From NCBI GenBank assembly GCA_963797095.1, contig CAWCNY010000005.1, positions 512,001 through 576,000 of the forward strand: a DNA stretch of 64,000 bases, read 5' to 3'. This document shows positions 45,188 to 55,336 of this stretch, piece after piece. The notes below the pieces were generated by a model. That model was not told the origin of the DNA and searched no databases. It saw only the letters and a list, made by a program, of their open reading frames with translations. Within the stretch, counting starts at the first letter, position 1. Every line of letters starts with the position of its first letter. Position numbers and translations under genes: made by a program. This DNA comes from an uncultured Chloroflexia bacterium. GTDB taxonomy: Bacteria; Chloroflexota; Chloroflexia; QHBQ01; JADMIH01.

Positions 45188-45797
45188 AGCAGCTATACCC
45201 AGCCGCGAAGGCCTCCCAGGCTGCCTGCACCTGCCCTCGGGTCTCCTCGATGGTGCCGGAGTTATATATGACCACCGTGGCGCGGGCTAGCTTTTCTTCC
45301 TGGGGAGCCTGGGCATCAATGCGCATCTCGGCTTCCTCCTGGGAATACCCGCGCGTCCTCATCAGCCTCTCCAGTTGTTGCTCCCTGGTGCAGGTGACTA
45401 CCCACACGGCATCACACTTGTCGGCCCAGCCAGACTCGATCAGCTTGATTGCATCTATTACAACTACAGGTTCTGGTGCGTCCGCGATTTCATCATCTAT
45501 CACGCGGCGCACGATCGGGTGCTCGATCTGCTCAAGTGTGCGCAGCCGCTCAGGGTCGGCGAAGACGATACGCCCGAGTGCGCGCCTGTCGATCTCGCCG
45601 CTTGCGTCAACAATAGACGGGCCGAACTCCGAGATCACGGGCCAGTAGGCAGGGCCGCCCTTCTTCAAGATGATGTGGATCAGTTGGTCGGCGTCGATGG
45701 TGTGCGCGCCAAGTTCGCGAAGCTGGCGCAACACCGTGCTCTTGCCGCAGGCGATATTGCCGGTCAGCCCCAGGAGCGCTTTACCGTGGTACGGCAT
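45186..45797 (-). CDS. coaE: Dephospho-CoA kinase
   Basis: GLTGNIACGKST, IDAD, IDRRALG.IVF, HP.V, RIDAQ. Confidence 0.95.
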   Translation of the reverse strand: MPYHGKALLGLTGNIACGKSTVLRQLRELGAHTIDADQLIHIILKKGGPAYWPVISEFGPSIVDASGEIDRRALGRIVFADPERLRTLEQIEHPIVRRVIDDEIADAPEPVVVIDAIKLIESGWADKCDAVWVVTCTREQQLERLMRTRGYSQEEAEMRIDAQAPQEEKLARATVVIYNSGTIEETRGQVQAAWEAFAAGYSC

Positions 45798-47910
45798 TGG
45801 CTTCCTCTTCGGCGGACTGCCACACACTGTAAGCCTGATCAAGCTCCTCTTCCAGTTGTGCGTACTCTGTGCCCAGCTTGACTATCGCGTCCAGGTCGCG
45901 CTTTTCGGTGGCTTTGGTGAGGGCGTCCGATACGGCGTTCAGGCGAGCTTCAAGGGTTGATATGCGGTTCTCGGCCTCCTGGCGGCGCTTTTCGAGGCGG
46001 GCCTTTTCACGCTCGGCGGCGCGCTCCTGCCGCTGGATGGCTTTGCTTTGCTCTCGCGTATCCATCTTCGGCTGCGCGCCATTGCCTGTTGCCCCATCCG
46101 GCTGCGCGATCAAGCCTTGTTCGGAGCGGCGCGCCTTCTCGGCCAGATATTCGGTGTAGTTGCCGTCGTAGGCGGTAAGCGTTTCGTCTTCCAGCGACCA
46201 TACCTGCGTGGCAATATCGTCGATGAAGGCGCGGTCGTGCGACACGAACAGGATGGTGCCGTCGTAGCCGTTCAACACCTCGGTCAGCGCCTCCTGGGCG
46301 TCGAGGTCGAGGTGGTTGGTTGGCTCGTCCAGGATCAGGAAGTTAGCATCGGTCAGCATCAGTTTGGTGAGGGCTACGCGGCTGCGCTCGCCGCCGCTGA
46401 GGTCGCCCACCATCTTGAAGACGTTGTCGCCTGAGAAGAGCATCTTGCCGAGCAGGTCGCGGGCGGCCTCCTCGGTCATGTTGCGCACCGACCGCACCTC
46501 CTCCATCACGCTGTTGCGGGCATCAAGGCCCTCATGCGCCTGCGCGTAGTAGCCGAAGCGCACGTTGTGGCCCAATTCGAGGTGGCCTCCAAGCGGGGGC
46601 AGCATACCCATGATGGTCTTGAGCAGGGTGGTCTTGCCCGCCCCATTGGGGCCGATAAGGGCCACGCGCTCGCCGCGCTCGATCTCCAGGTCGCTGCACT
46701 TGAATAAGACCAGGGACGATGGACGGTGGACAGTGGACGTACCGGGGTTTTCGTCGTGCGTCGTCCGTCCTTCGTCGGCCAGGTGATAGCCGATCACAAG
46801 ATCCTCGGCCTCGAAGACGCTGAGGCCGGAGCGGACGTGCGCTCTGAAGGTCAGGCGCATCTCGGCGCGCTCGGAGGGGCGCTCAAGAAGGCCCTCGTTG
46901 TGGGCGCGTTGCAGGCGCTTGAGGCGACCAAAAGCCTGTTTCTTCTTCTGACCCTCTTTATAGCGGCGTATGAAGGCCCACGTGCGCTCGACGGTCTCTT
47001 GCTGCGCCTCGTACTCGGCAAGGAGGCGCTCATAACGCTCGGCCTTCATCTGGAGGTACTTCTCGTAGGGCACGGGGTAGTCTTGCAGCCTGCTGAAAGC
47101 GAGCTGCTCACCCTCGGTGCGTAACTCGCCGCTCTTAGAATACCAGGTGAAGGTCTTGGGGGCGGTGAACTCCATATCGAGGGTGCGCTTGGTCACTTTG
47201 TTCAGGAAGCGGCGGTCGTGGGCGATCACGAGGAGGGTGCCCTGCCATTGCAGGAGGAAGCCCTCAAGCCACTCTATGGCAGAGATATCGAGGTGGTTGG
47301 TTGGCTCGTCGAGGAGGAGGAGATCGGGGTCGGCCAGCAATGCGCGGGCGAGAGCGGCGCGTGTGCGCTGCCCGCCGCTCATAGTGCTCAGGGTCTGCTC
47401 GTGCTGCAACTCTTTGAAGCCAAGACCCTGCAACACCTCCTCGATGCGGTGCTCGAAATTATAGCCTCCTACCAACTCGAAGCGATGGGTGGCCTCCTCG
47501 TATTCTTCCATCAGTGTAGCCCACTCGTCGGCATCGCCCTCTATCTCGGCTATCTGCAACTCAAGCTCGCGCAGGCGCGCCTGTAGAGCGCGTACAGGGC
47601 CGAGGGCATCGATCATCGAGTGGAGCAGCGTGTCCTCAGGCGAATACGATAGGTCGGCCTCTGAAGCGAACGACGATGCAGCCTCCTGCGGCAGATATAC
47701 CACCCGCACCGCCTTGGCTTTTACCACGCTGCCACCGCCGGCGGCTTCCTGCCCGGCGATGATTTTGAGCAGAGTAGACTTGCCGACGCCGTTGGGGCCA
47801 ACCAGTGCAACGCGCTCTCCGGCGTTCAAAGTAAAGCTGACACCCTCGAATATCGGGTAGATATTGTAGGACTTGGATAGGTTATAGACAGTTAGAAGGG
47901 TTGTAGGCAT
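45781..47910 (-). CDS. ABC-F family ATPase (Uup/YdiF-like)
   Basis: Two ABC domains (GPNGVGKS/MSGGQ/LDEPTNHLD; GPNGAGKT/LSGGE/LDEPTNHLD), no TM segments, C-terminal coiled coil. Confidence 0.93.
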   Translation of the reverse strand: MPTTLLTVYNLSKSYNIYPIFEGVSFTLNAGERVALVGPNGVGKSTLLKIIAGQEAAGGGSVVKAKAVRVVYLPQEAASSFASEADLSYSPEDTLLHSMIDALGPVRALQARLRELELQIAEIEGDADEWATLMEEYEEATHRFELVGGYNFEHRIEEVLQGLGFKELQHEQTLSTMSGGQRTRAALARALLADPDLLLLDEPTNHLDISAIEWLEGFLLQWQGTLLVIAHDRRFLNKVTKRTLDMEFTAPKTFTWYSKSGELRTEGEQLAFSRLQDYPVPYEKYLQMKAERYERLLAEYEAQQETVERTWAFIRRYKEGQKKKQAFGRLKRLQRAHNEGLLERPSERAEMRLTFRAHVRSGLSVFEAEDLVIGYHLADEGRTTHDENPGTSTVHRPSSLVLFKCSDLEIERGERVALIGPNGAGKTTLLKTIMGMLPPLGGHLELGHNVRFGYYAQAHEGLDARNSVMEEVRSVRNMTEEAARDLLGKMLFSGDNVFKMVGDLSGGERSRVALTKLMLTDANFLILDEPTNHLDLDAQEALTEVLNGYDGTILFVSHDRAFIDDIATQVWSLEDETLTAYDGNYTEYLAEKARRSEQGLIAQPDGATGNGAQPKMDTREQSKAIQRQERAAEREKARLEKRRQEAENRISTLEARLNAVSDALTKATEKRDLDAIVKLGTEYAQLEEELDQAYSVWQSAEEEANAVPR

Positions 47911-47923
47911 GAGGGTAATTGAT

Positions 47924-48072
47924 TATTGCGTATTGCGTATTGCGTATTGCGTATTGCGTATTGGATTGCATTCTGATCTTCATGATATTATAGCAAGGCT
48001 AATCAGGCCCGCACAACAAGACCACCTGGCTATCAAAGGCACTGCACAGCACGCAATATGCAATACCATACG
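47924..48072. repeat. (tattgcg)x5 plus a short inverted arm (cgcaatatgcaatac) flanking a promoter
   Basis: Perfect units at 47924-47958; inverted copies at 48051-48071; minus-strand TGcTATAAT lies between them. Confidence 0.85.
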
Positions 48073-49435
48073 TCCCTCCGCATCAAACGTGTATTCAACA
48101 ACCTTCAGGCCAGCCTCTGGTTCATGCCTTCACTGATTGTTGTTGCCCTGATGGCACTGACACTTCTTATGGTGTGGCTTGACCGAATCATCGGCTACCA
48201 GACCACGCGGGAGATGACCTTCTTCTTCAGCGCGGGGCCCGAGGGCACACGCGATATGCTCACCACCATCGCAAGCACCATGCTGACGGTGGCAAGCGTG
48301 GCCTTCTCATTCACTATCGTGGTATTCTCCTTCGCGTCGAGCCAGTACGCCTCGCGGACGCTTCACAGCTTCATAGACGACAACACCAACCAGGCGGTGC
48401 TCGGCACGCTGCTGCGCAGCTTCGTTTATTGCTTGTTGGTCCTGCGGACTGTACACCTGGAGTCGGGCAACGAGTTCGTGCCTGTGCTTTCCGCATCGGT
48501 TGCGTTGTTGCTTGCTATCGTTGGCCTGGGCCCGTTTATTCTCTTCATCCACCACGTAGCCGATCATCCACCGCCACGTAGCCGGGGCGATCCAGGCTTA
48601 CCATATTATCTACCGGGTCGGCCATGCTACCAGCCGCGCTATCGATACTCTCTTCCCCAAAAACCTCGGTACCACAACAAGCATCACCGAAGAAGATACC
48701 GAAACAATGATATCTGAATTCACCACCGTGCTTGTACGCGCACAAAGTACGGGCTATCTTCAAGCCATCGACACCGGTTACACGCTCGCCCTTACCTCGC
48801 GTCACGACCTGATCGTGGTCCAACATAAAGGCGTAGGCCACTTCGTTGTGCGTGGCGAGACTGTGGCGTTGGTGGGACCAGCCGAGTATGTAACTGACTC
48901 CATCTGCTAGCAGATCTGTGATTACTTCATCCTGAGCCAGCACCGCACTATCTATCAGGACCCGGAATATGGGGTTCTCCAGCTTGCGGATATAGCGATC
49001 AAAGCCCTGTCGCCCGCCATCAACGATCCTAATACGGCGGTGATGGCTCTCAACGAGATCAGCAAAGTCTTCCGGCAAATCGCCCGCAAGGAGCTACCCA
49101 AACACCTGCTGACCGACAAGCAAGGCAAGCCCCGCATAATCGCCGACGTACCCACCTTCGAGCAATTGGCCGCTCAGGCCTTCGACCAGATACGGCGCTA
49201 TGGTATGGCCGAGGCGGTCATACCCGCCAAAATGCTCGACGTTATCACTGAGATCGCGGAGGAAGCCGGTCTGGAATCGGAACGGGCAATTTTGCGCGAG
49301 CATTTGATCGCCCTGGTTGCCGATGCGGATCGGGCGATCCATAATAAGCGCGACCGAGAGCTCATCAATATGGAGCTTCGGGACGGCATACACGCTCTGC
49401 AAATGGGCGATGAGGAGGTGCCGTTGCTCAAGTAG
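48058..49435 (+). pseudogene. DUF2254 family membrane protein pseudogene
   Basis: SLWFMP, ASSQYASR, QDPEYG..QLADIAIKALSPAINDPNTA motifs; frameshift from a ~22-bp duplication at ~48545-48582 and an in-frame TAG at 48908-48910. Confidence 0.85.
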
Positions 49436-49667
49436 GGGCACCCTACACAGTAATGCGACAGAATTGCCTCTGGTGAATGCCCTTTTGGCACTGCTCTGGC
49501 GCATGGGATGCGCCGGTAATGTGTCGTGCTCCTGTTGCGGCATAAGCAACCTCAGATCGTTGTCCTTGCTGCCAGTGTGGGGTGCGCGCCATCTTTTAGG
49601 AAGGAAAGAAAAATGATACCCTCTAGGTGAAGACATCCCGGCTAAGGCCGAAATCCTGGAGGGTATC

Positions 49668-51238
49668 ATGCAGAGTAGCGAGTTTCAGGCCGTTTGCGAC
49701 CTGTCACCTGCCCTCACTAGTATTGTGAAGGAATTTGAGGGGCTCGTCAAACAACTTTGGATATATGCTCAACGCAACCCGGATGCTACTTTGAGCAGTC
49801 TCGAAGAAAGAGCACGTCAACTGCGCTCGGACTGTTTCGCCTCAGCCTTAGAAGCCGCAGCCCAACTGCATCGTGCCATGATAGAGGAAGAATGGCTGCT
49901 TGGGCACAAGCAGTGTGACTGCGGGCAGACACCCCAGTACAAGGGTAAGCAGCGGCGCACTGTGCAAACATGGGTAGGCACGGTCACATTGGAGAGAGGT
50001 TACTTCTACTGTAAAGGGTGTGGCACCGGACGCTACCCGCTGGATGAGGCTCTAGGCATACCCGCACGGGAACACTTCTCGGACGGAGTGCAACAAGGAG
50101 TGTGCCTGCTGGGTGTGCAGATGCCTTTCGAGCAGGCTGCACATGCAGTGGAGGTACTCACTGGCATGTCGGTCTCTCCAAGAGAAGCCGAGCGCATGAC
50201 TGAACAGAGGGGGCTTACATTAGAGGAGGGGGCTTACATTAGAGGAGAGCTTGCAAGAGGAGAGGAGAGCTTGCAAGAGGAGAGGAGAGCTTGCAAGAGG
50301 AGAGGAGAGCTTGCAAGAGGAGAGGAGAGCTTGCAAGAGGAGAGGAGAGCTTGCAAGAGGAGAGGAGAGCTTGCAAGAGGAGAGGAGAGCTTGCAAGAGG
50401 AGAGGAGAGCTTGCAAGCAGAAGATCAAACGCTAGGGGCAAGTCCCACCTCTCAGAAAGGTTCAAAGGTTGCAGATGGAGCATTGGGCTTGGGCACATGG
50501 GCGGCGACGCTGGACGCTGGCAAGGTGCGCTACGAAGATGGGTGGCATGACGCTAAAGCGGGAGTGGTGTTTTGGGCCGAGCCTGCATACAACGAAGCAG
50601 GAGAGATAGAGGGGGCAAGAGCCACCCATCAGAGCTATGTGGCGGAGGTCGGCTCGATGGAGCGGGCAGGAAAGCGGTTGAGTGCTGAAGCATGGAGGAG
50701 AGGGATAGGCCCTGAGGAGCAGGTTGTATGTCTGGGAGATGGGGCACCCACCAACTGGATACAGTTCGATGAGCACTTTGCCAACAGGGTAGAGGTACTC
50801 GACTGGTATCACGCCATGGAGCACCTGTGGCAAGCAGGTAATGGTATCTTCGGGCAGGGCACACCAGACGCCGCAAGATGGGTGAAGCGTTGGGAGAAGG
50901 AATTATGGGAGGGAAGGGTAGAAGCAGTCATTGTGGCTCTACACAGAGAGAGCAAACGTGAAGGGGAGGCGGGAGAAGCGGCACGAGAGCAGATTTATTA
51001 CTTCCAGACGAACAAAGAGAGGATGCGCTACTCCGAGTACCGGGCATTGGGCTTCCCAGTTGGTTCAGGCACGGTGGAGAGTGCATGCAAGCGGCTGATT
51101 GGTGCCCGTCTCAAGGGAGCAGGCATGTGTTGGAGCAAACCAGGAGCACAAGGGGTGCTGACACTGAGAGCCGAACTGCTCAGTGAGAGGTGGGAGCAAT
51201 GCTGGCCCAAAACTCGCCCTCTCAGAAAAGTCGCCTAA
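49668..51238 (+). pseudogene. ISKra4-like transposase split by a tandem-repeat frameshift
   Basis: N-half CxC..R.YFYCxxC..YPLD..LG; C-half LGDGA..W, LDWYHA.EHL, RMRY..Y...G.P.GSG.VESACK; halves out of frame across 50208-50417. Confidence 0.85.
50241..50417. repeat. 20-bp tandem repeat (agaggagagcttgcaagagg)x8 plus 17 nt, preceded by a 19-bp duplication
   Basis: Direct count; no spacers. Confidence 0.95.
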
Positions 51239-51382
51239 ACGATGGCGCGCACCCGCCAGTGTGTAACTGCTTGCCGTCCGAGCAACCCTTGTGCTACAAT
51301 GTCCAATGGCCCATTGAAACCCGCGCGCCGCAAAGACGCACAATTGGGTTTAGATATTCTTTATTGGCAAGGAGTGGCATGG

Positions 51383-52771
51383 ATGCCAAAACCCGTTCTG
51401 GCAATCGTCGGACGCCCTAATGTGGGCAAGTCCTCGTTTTTCAATAGACTAATCGGCGAGCAGGTCGCCATCGTGGAAGACCAGCCCGGCACTACCCGCG
51501 ACCGCATCTACGGCGACACCGAGTGGAACGGCGTTGTCTTCACGGTGATCGATACGGGCGGTATGGTGCTTGGCGAAGCAGCCGAGCCGGGCACCGGGCC
51601 GCAAGGCGAGGTCACAGAAGAAGATATCATGAGCCGCACCCGCGAGCAGGCCGAGGCCGCCATCGAAGAGGCTGATGTGATCCTCTTCATGGTGGACGCC
51701 AAGACCGGCCTCACAGCCGCCGACAACGATATCGCCGATATCCTGCGCCAATCCAAAAAGCCGGTCATCCTTGCCGCCAACAAGGCCGATTCAGAAGAGC
51801 GCCGCCTCAATGCCGTCGAATTTTACGCTCTGGGCCTGGGCGACCCTATCCCTATTTCGTCCAAGCATTCTATCAACACAGGCGATCTGCTCGACCAGGC
51901 GGTTGATGCCTTCCCCAAAGAGGAGGAGATCGAGGAAGAGGAAGAGGAGCAGGTCAAGATCGCCATCGTTGGTCGCCCCAACGTGGGCAAATCCCGTCTA
52001 CTCAACGCCATCCTGGGCCAGGAGCGCGTGATCGTATCTGACATGCCGGGCACCACCCGCGACGCTATAGACACCCAGTTCGAGTATATCGAAGGAGAGG
52101 GTGAAGAGGCAGACAAGTACGATGTCACCCTCATCGACACCGCAGGCATCCGCCGCCGGGGCCGCATCGACCCTGGCATTGAGCGTTACTCCGTGATCCG
52201 CACCCTTCGCGCCATCCAACGTGCCGACGTAGTTCTACTTGTGATCGACGCTACCGAAGGCATCACCGCCCAGGACACGCATATCGCGGGCTATGTCCTC
52301 GAAGAAGCGAAGGGATTGGTGCTGGTCGTCAACAAGTGGGACCTGGTCGAGAAGGACTCCAACACCATCTACGAGTACACAGACCATTTGCGCCAGGAGT
52401 TGAGCTTCATCCCATACGTGACATTTGTGTTCATCTCGGCCAAGTTCGGGCAGCGCGTCAATAAAGTTCTTCCAGCCGCGATCAAGGTCGCCAGAGAGAG
52501 GACCAAGCGAGTGTCTACCGGGCAGCTAAACAAGCTTGTGAAAGAGGCAGTGGACGCCCATCCGCCCGCCAGCAAGCCGGGCAAGTGGGTCAAATTCTAC
52601 TACGCTACCCAGGCCGACATCAAGCCGCCCACCTTTGTCTTCTTCACCAACGACGCCGAGAACGTGCACTTCTCCTACAAACGCTACCTCGAGAACCAGC
52701 TAAGAGGGGTGTTCGGCTTCGAGGGCACCCCCATCCGCCTCGTCTTCAGGACACGCCAGCATACGGAGTAA
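51383..52771 (+). CDS. der: Ribosome biogenesis GTPase Der (EngA)
   Basis: Two G domains GRPNVGKS/GTTRD/DTGG or DTAG/NKAD or NKWD; C-terminal FGFEGTPI; AAGGAG RBS. Confidence 0.97.
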   Translation: MPKPVLAIVGRPNVGKSSFFNRLIGEQVAIVEDQPGTTRDRIYGDTEWNGVVFTVIDTGGMVLGEAAEPGTGPQGEVTEEDIMSRTREQAEAAIEEADVILFMVDAKTGLTAADNDIADILRQSKKPVILAANKADSEERRLNAVEFYALGLGDPIPISSKHSINTGDLLDQAVDAFPKEEEIEEEEEEQVKIAIVGRPNVGKSRLLNAILGQERVIVSDMPGTTRDAIDTQFEYIEGEGEEADKYDVTLIDTAGIRRRGRIDPGIERYSVIRTLRAIQRADVVLLVIDATEGITAQDTHIAGYVLEEAKGLVLVVNKWDLVEKDSNTIYEYTDHLRQELSFIPYVTFVFISAKFGQRVNKVLPAAIKVARERTKRVSTGQLNKLVKEAVDAHPPASKPGKWVKFYYATQADIKPPTFVFFTNDAENVHFSYKRYLENQLRGVFGFEGTPIRLVFRTRQHTE

Positions 52772-52903
52772 GCGCACTTTCAACTGCTGTTGAAGCGGAA
52801 CATTCCCTAATACATTAGTCAGGCTCAAATCCCCTGGCTTGGTACATCATAACATTGAGCTCACGGCGCTGTTCGTCACTCTACCCACAAGAGAGGACTA
52901 CTT

Positions 52904-54499
52904 ATGCCTGACGGCACCCAAGCCCACCCCGTCGACGAATCGCCATCCGCACCTGTGGAAACCAGTGCCTTCGACAAAGGCACGGGCACATGGGTGCTGG
53001 CAGCCACCATCCTCGGCTCCAGCATGGCTTTCATCGACGGTACAGTCGTCAATGTAGCCCTCCCCGTTCTCCAGAGCGACCTGGGAGCCACAGTACTCGA
53101 CACCCAGTGGATTGTAGAAGCATACACCCTATTTCTCGGTGCGCTGATCCTGGTCGGTGGCTCGATGGGGGACATGTATGGGCGACGGCGAATTTATGGT
53201 ATTGGTGTAGTCCTCTTCGCACTCGCTTCCATATGGTGTGGCTTCGCAACCAGCCCTGGGATGCTCATTCTGGCCCGCGCCTTCCAGGGTGTAGGCGGGG
53301 CGCTACTGGTGCCCGGCAGCCTTGCTATTATCAACGCAATCTTTCCATCCGACAGGCGCGGTCGAGCCATCGGCACATGGTCGGGCGCTACGTCCATCAC
53401 CACTGTGCTCGGTCCCGTGCTCGGCGGCTGGCTCGTCGAAAATCTCTCCTGGCGCTGGGTCTTCTTCATCAATGTCCCTCTCGCTATCATCGTGCTCTTC
53501 ATCTCCTTCACCCACGTGCCTGAGACCAGAAGTTCAGCGTCCAGAGGCGGTCTTGACTGGCCGGGCGTGCTCCTCGCTACCGTCGGCCTCGGAGGCCTCG
53601 TCTACGGCCTTATAGAATCGAGCAATTCCGGCTGGGGCGATCCACTTGTGCTGGGCACAGTCTTCGGGGGTGCAATAGCCCTTATTGCCTTCGTAGTAGT
53701 CGAGGCTCGCTCTCGTGCCCCTATGATGCCGCTGAACCTCTTTCGGTCGCGCACCTTCTCCGGCGCGAACATGCTCACCTTCTTCCTGTACGGTGCTCTC
53801 AGCGGTACCCTCTTCTTCTTCCCGTTCAACCTCATACAGGTGCAGGGTTACGGGCCTACCGCTGCCGGGGCGGCATCGCTCCCATTCATCATTCTGCTGT
53901 CAACTCTCTCGCGATGGTCGGGCGGCCTCATAGACCGCTACGGGGCGAAGATACCGCTGGTGATCGGCCCCACCATCGCTGGCATAGGCTTCGCCATGTT
54001 CGCCATCCCCGGCACGCATGCCGACTACTGGACAGGCTTCTTCCCCGGCGTGGTGGTGCTCGGTCTCGGTATGGCGGTCACGGTCGCCCCGCTCACTACC
54101 GCCGTCATGGGCGCGGTAGACGTGGCCCATTCAGGGGTCGCCTCCGGCATCAATAACGCGGTATCGCGCATTGCGGGCCTGATAGCCATAGCTGTGCTGG
54201 GCATAATCATGCTGGCGACATTCAACAGCAGCCTCGACAGCAAACTCCCCCCTCTCAATCTGCCCGCCGAGAGCGTGCAGCAGATCGACAGCCAGCGGAT
54301 CAATCTGGCGGCAATAGAACCGCCCGCCAACCTTGATCCCCAGCAGAAAGAGGCGATCCAAACCGCCATAGACGAGGCGTTCGTAGACGGCTACCGCCTT
54401 GTAATACTGGTGGGCGCATCTCTGGCCTGGGCAAGTGCAATCAGCGCTTGGCTGTTGGTCGAGGGACGAGTAGCCAAACCACGAGCAGACCAACAGTAG
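52904..54499 (+). CDS. MFS transporter, DHA2 (14-TMS) family
   Basis: FIDGTVVNVALP, GDMYGRRR, ARAFQGVGGA, GPVLGGWL, WRWVFFINVP. Confidence 0.93.
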   Translation: MPDGTQAHPVDESPSAPVETSAFDKGTGTWVLAATILGSSMAFIDGTVVNVALPVLQSDLGATVLDTQWIVEAYTLFLGALILVGGSMGDMYGRRRIYGIGVVLFALASIWCGFATSPGMLILARAFQGVGGALLVPGSLAIINAIFPSDRRGRAIGTWSGATSITTVLGPVLGGWLVENLSWRWVFFINVPLAIIVLFISFTHVPETRSSASRGGLDWPGVLLATVGLGGLVYGLIESSNSGWGDPLVLGTVFGGAIALIAFVVVEARSRAPMMPLNLFRSRTFSGANMLTFFLYGALSGTLFFFPFNLIQVQGYGPTAAGAASLPFIILLSTLSRWSGGLIDRYGAKIPLVIGPTIAGIGFAMFAIPGTHADYWTGFFPGVVVLGLGMAVTVAPLTTAVMGAVDVAHSGVASGINNAVSRIAGLIAIAVLGIIMLATFNSSLDSKLPPLNLPAESVQQIDSQRINLAAIEPPANLDPQQKEAIQTAIDEAFVDGYRLVILVGASLAWASAISAWLLVEGRVAKPRADQQ

Positions 54500-54542
54500 G
54501 GGCGAGGCATGTCTCGCCCTGACCGGAGAGGCGCATCCGCTC

Positions 54543-55076
54543 CTAAGACACGGTATCAGGCTGCCTTGCGCGCAGGATCAGCGTCACGTAATAGAAGACG
54601 TAGTAGCCGATCATCAGGAAGTAAGACGCCCCAGTAATCGGGTCGCCCGCGAACTGGGAGCTGATTGTGATCGCCCCGCCCGAACGAGCCTGCTGCGCTA
54701 CAGTCTGGACATAGGGAAGGGTTTCGATCAACCTGTAGCCAAACCGCACCAGAAACACCGCAAACACGGCGATACCTATATAAGGGTTAGGCTTGTAGTA
54801 AAGGCCATCGGGTTGGCGGTCAAAAGTTGTGAGGCGCAACCCAAAATAGGCTACTACCGCACCGGCCACCAGGCCAGCCAGGTCGCCTAAGAGAATAAGC
54901 GAGTCGGTGAGCGAAAGAGCCAGCACCACCACGCCCAGCACCCCAAAGATTCCCAGGCGCAGCATCATGCTCTCCTGGCGAATCTTCTGGCGCGTAAAGA
55001 GGGCGCGTGCGCGGCGAAATATTGCAAACAGAACCAATGCAGCGATAATGATGAAAGTGATCGTTCCGTTATTCAT
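54543..55076 (-). CDS. CcdC/DUF1453-like membrane protein
   Basis: RR.R....RQ, GLRLTTF, YY.PNPYIG, R..YR; several TMs; GGAGG RBS before the ATG at 55076. Confidence 0.7.
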   Translation of the reverse strand: MNNGTITFIIIAALVLFAIFRRARALFTRQKIRQESMMLRLGIFGVLGVVVLALSLTDSLILLGDLAGLVAGAVVAYFGLRLTTFDRQPDGLYYKPNPYIGIAVFAVFLVRFGYRLIETLPYVQTVAQQARSGGAITISSQFAGDPITGASYFLMIGYYVFYYVTLILRARQPDTVS

Positions 55077-55285
55077 TGTAAGTCCCTCCAACCTTTTCGA
55101 GTTTAGTGCTCCCAAAAGCCATACAGAATGGCCTGAGAGTTCCGGATGAGCGCGCGGTCGTTAGGAGGGATGCTGCCGTGGGCAGCTTCTGAGGGAGAAT
55201 CAGGGAATCGTTGGGGCGACGTGATCATGGATGCTTTTTACGACTGCAATATACGAAAGATAATAATCTAAAGTTTCTCTTAAAG

Positions 55286-55314
55286 TAAAATGGGCACCCT
55301 TCGCGGGTGCCCAT
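55286..55314 (-). terminator. Intrinsic terminator of galE-galK
   Basis: Minus strand atgggcaccc-gcgaa-gggtgcccat-ttt. Confidence 0.75.
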
Positions 55315-55336
55315 GACAAGCGGAATTTATGTTGTA

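Larger units (their letters stand above)
49580..51254 (+). mobile_element. ISKra4/ISLre2-like insertion sequence (1675 bp)
   Basis: 21-bp IRs gggtgcgcgccatc(t/g)tttagg at both ends; 9-bp target duplication gccagtgtg at 49571-49579 and 51255-51263. Confidence 0.92.

Noticed and set aside
48908-48910. In-frame TAG in the DUF2254 gene as pyrrolysine or recoding
   Set aside because: The gene also has an independent frameshift, and TAG ends many intact genes here, so pseudogenisation is simpler.
50241-50417. Possible CRISPR array
   Set aside because: The 20-bp units abut directly with no spacers, there are no cas genes, and the array lies inside a transposase.
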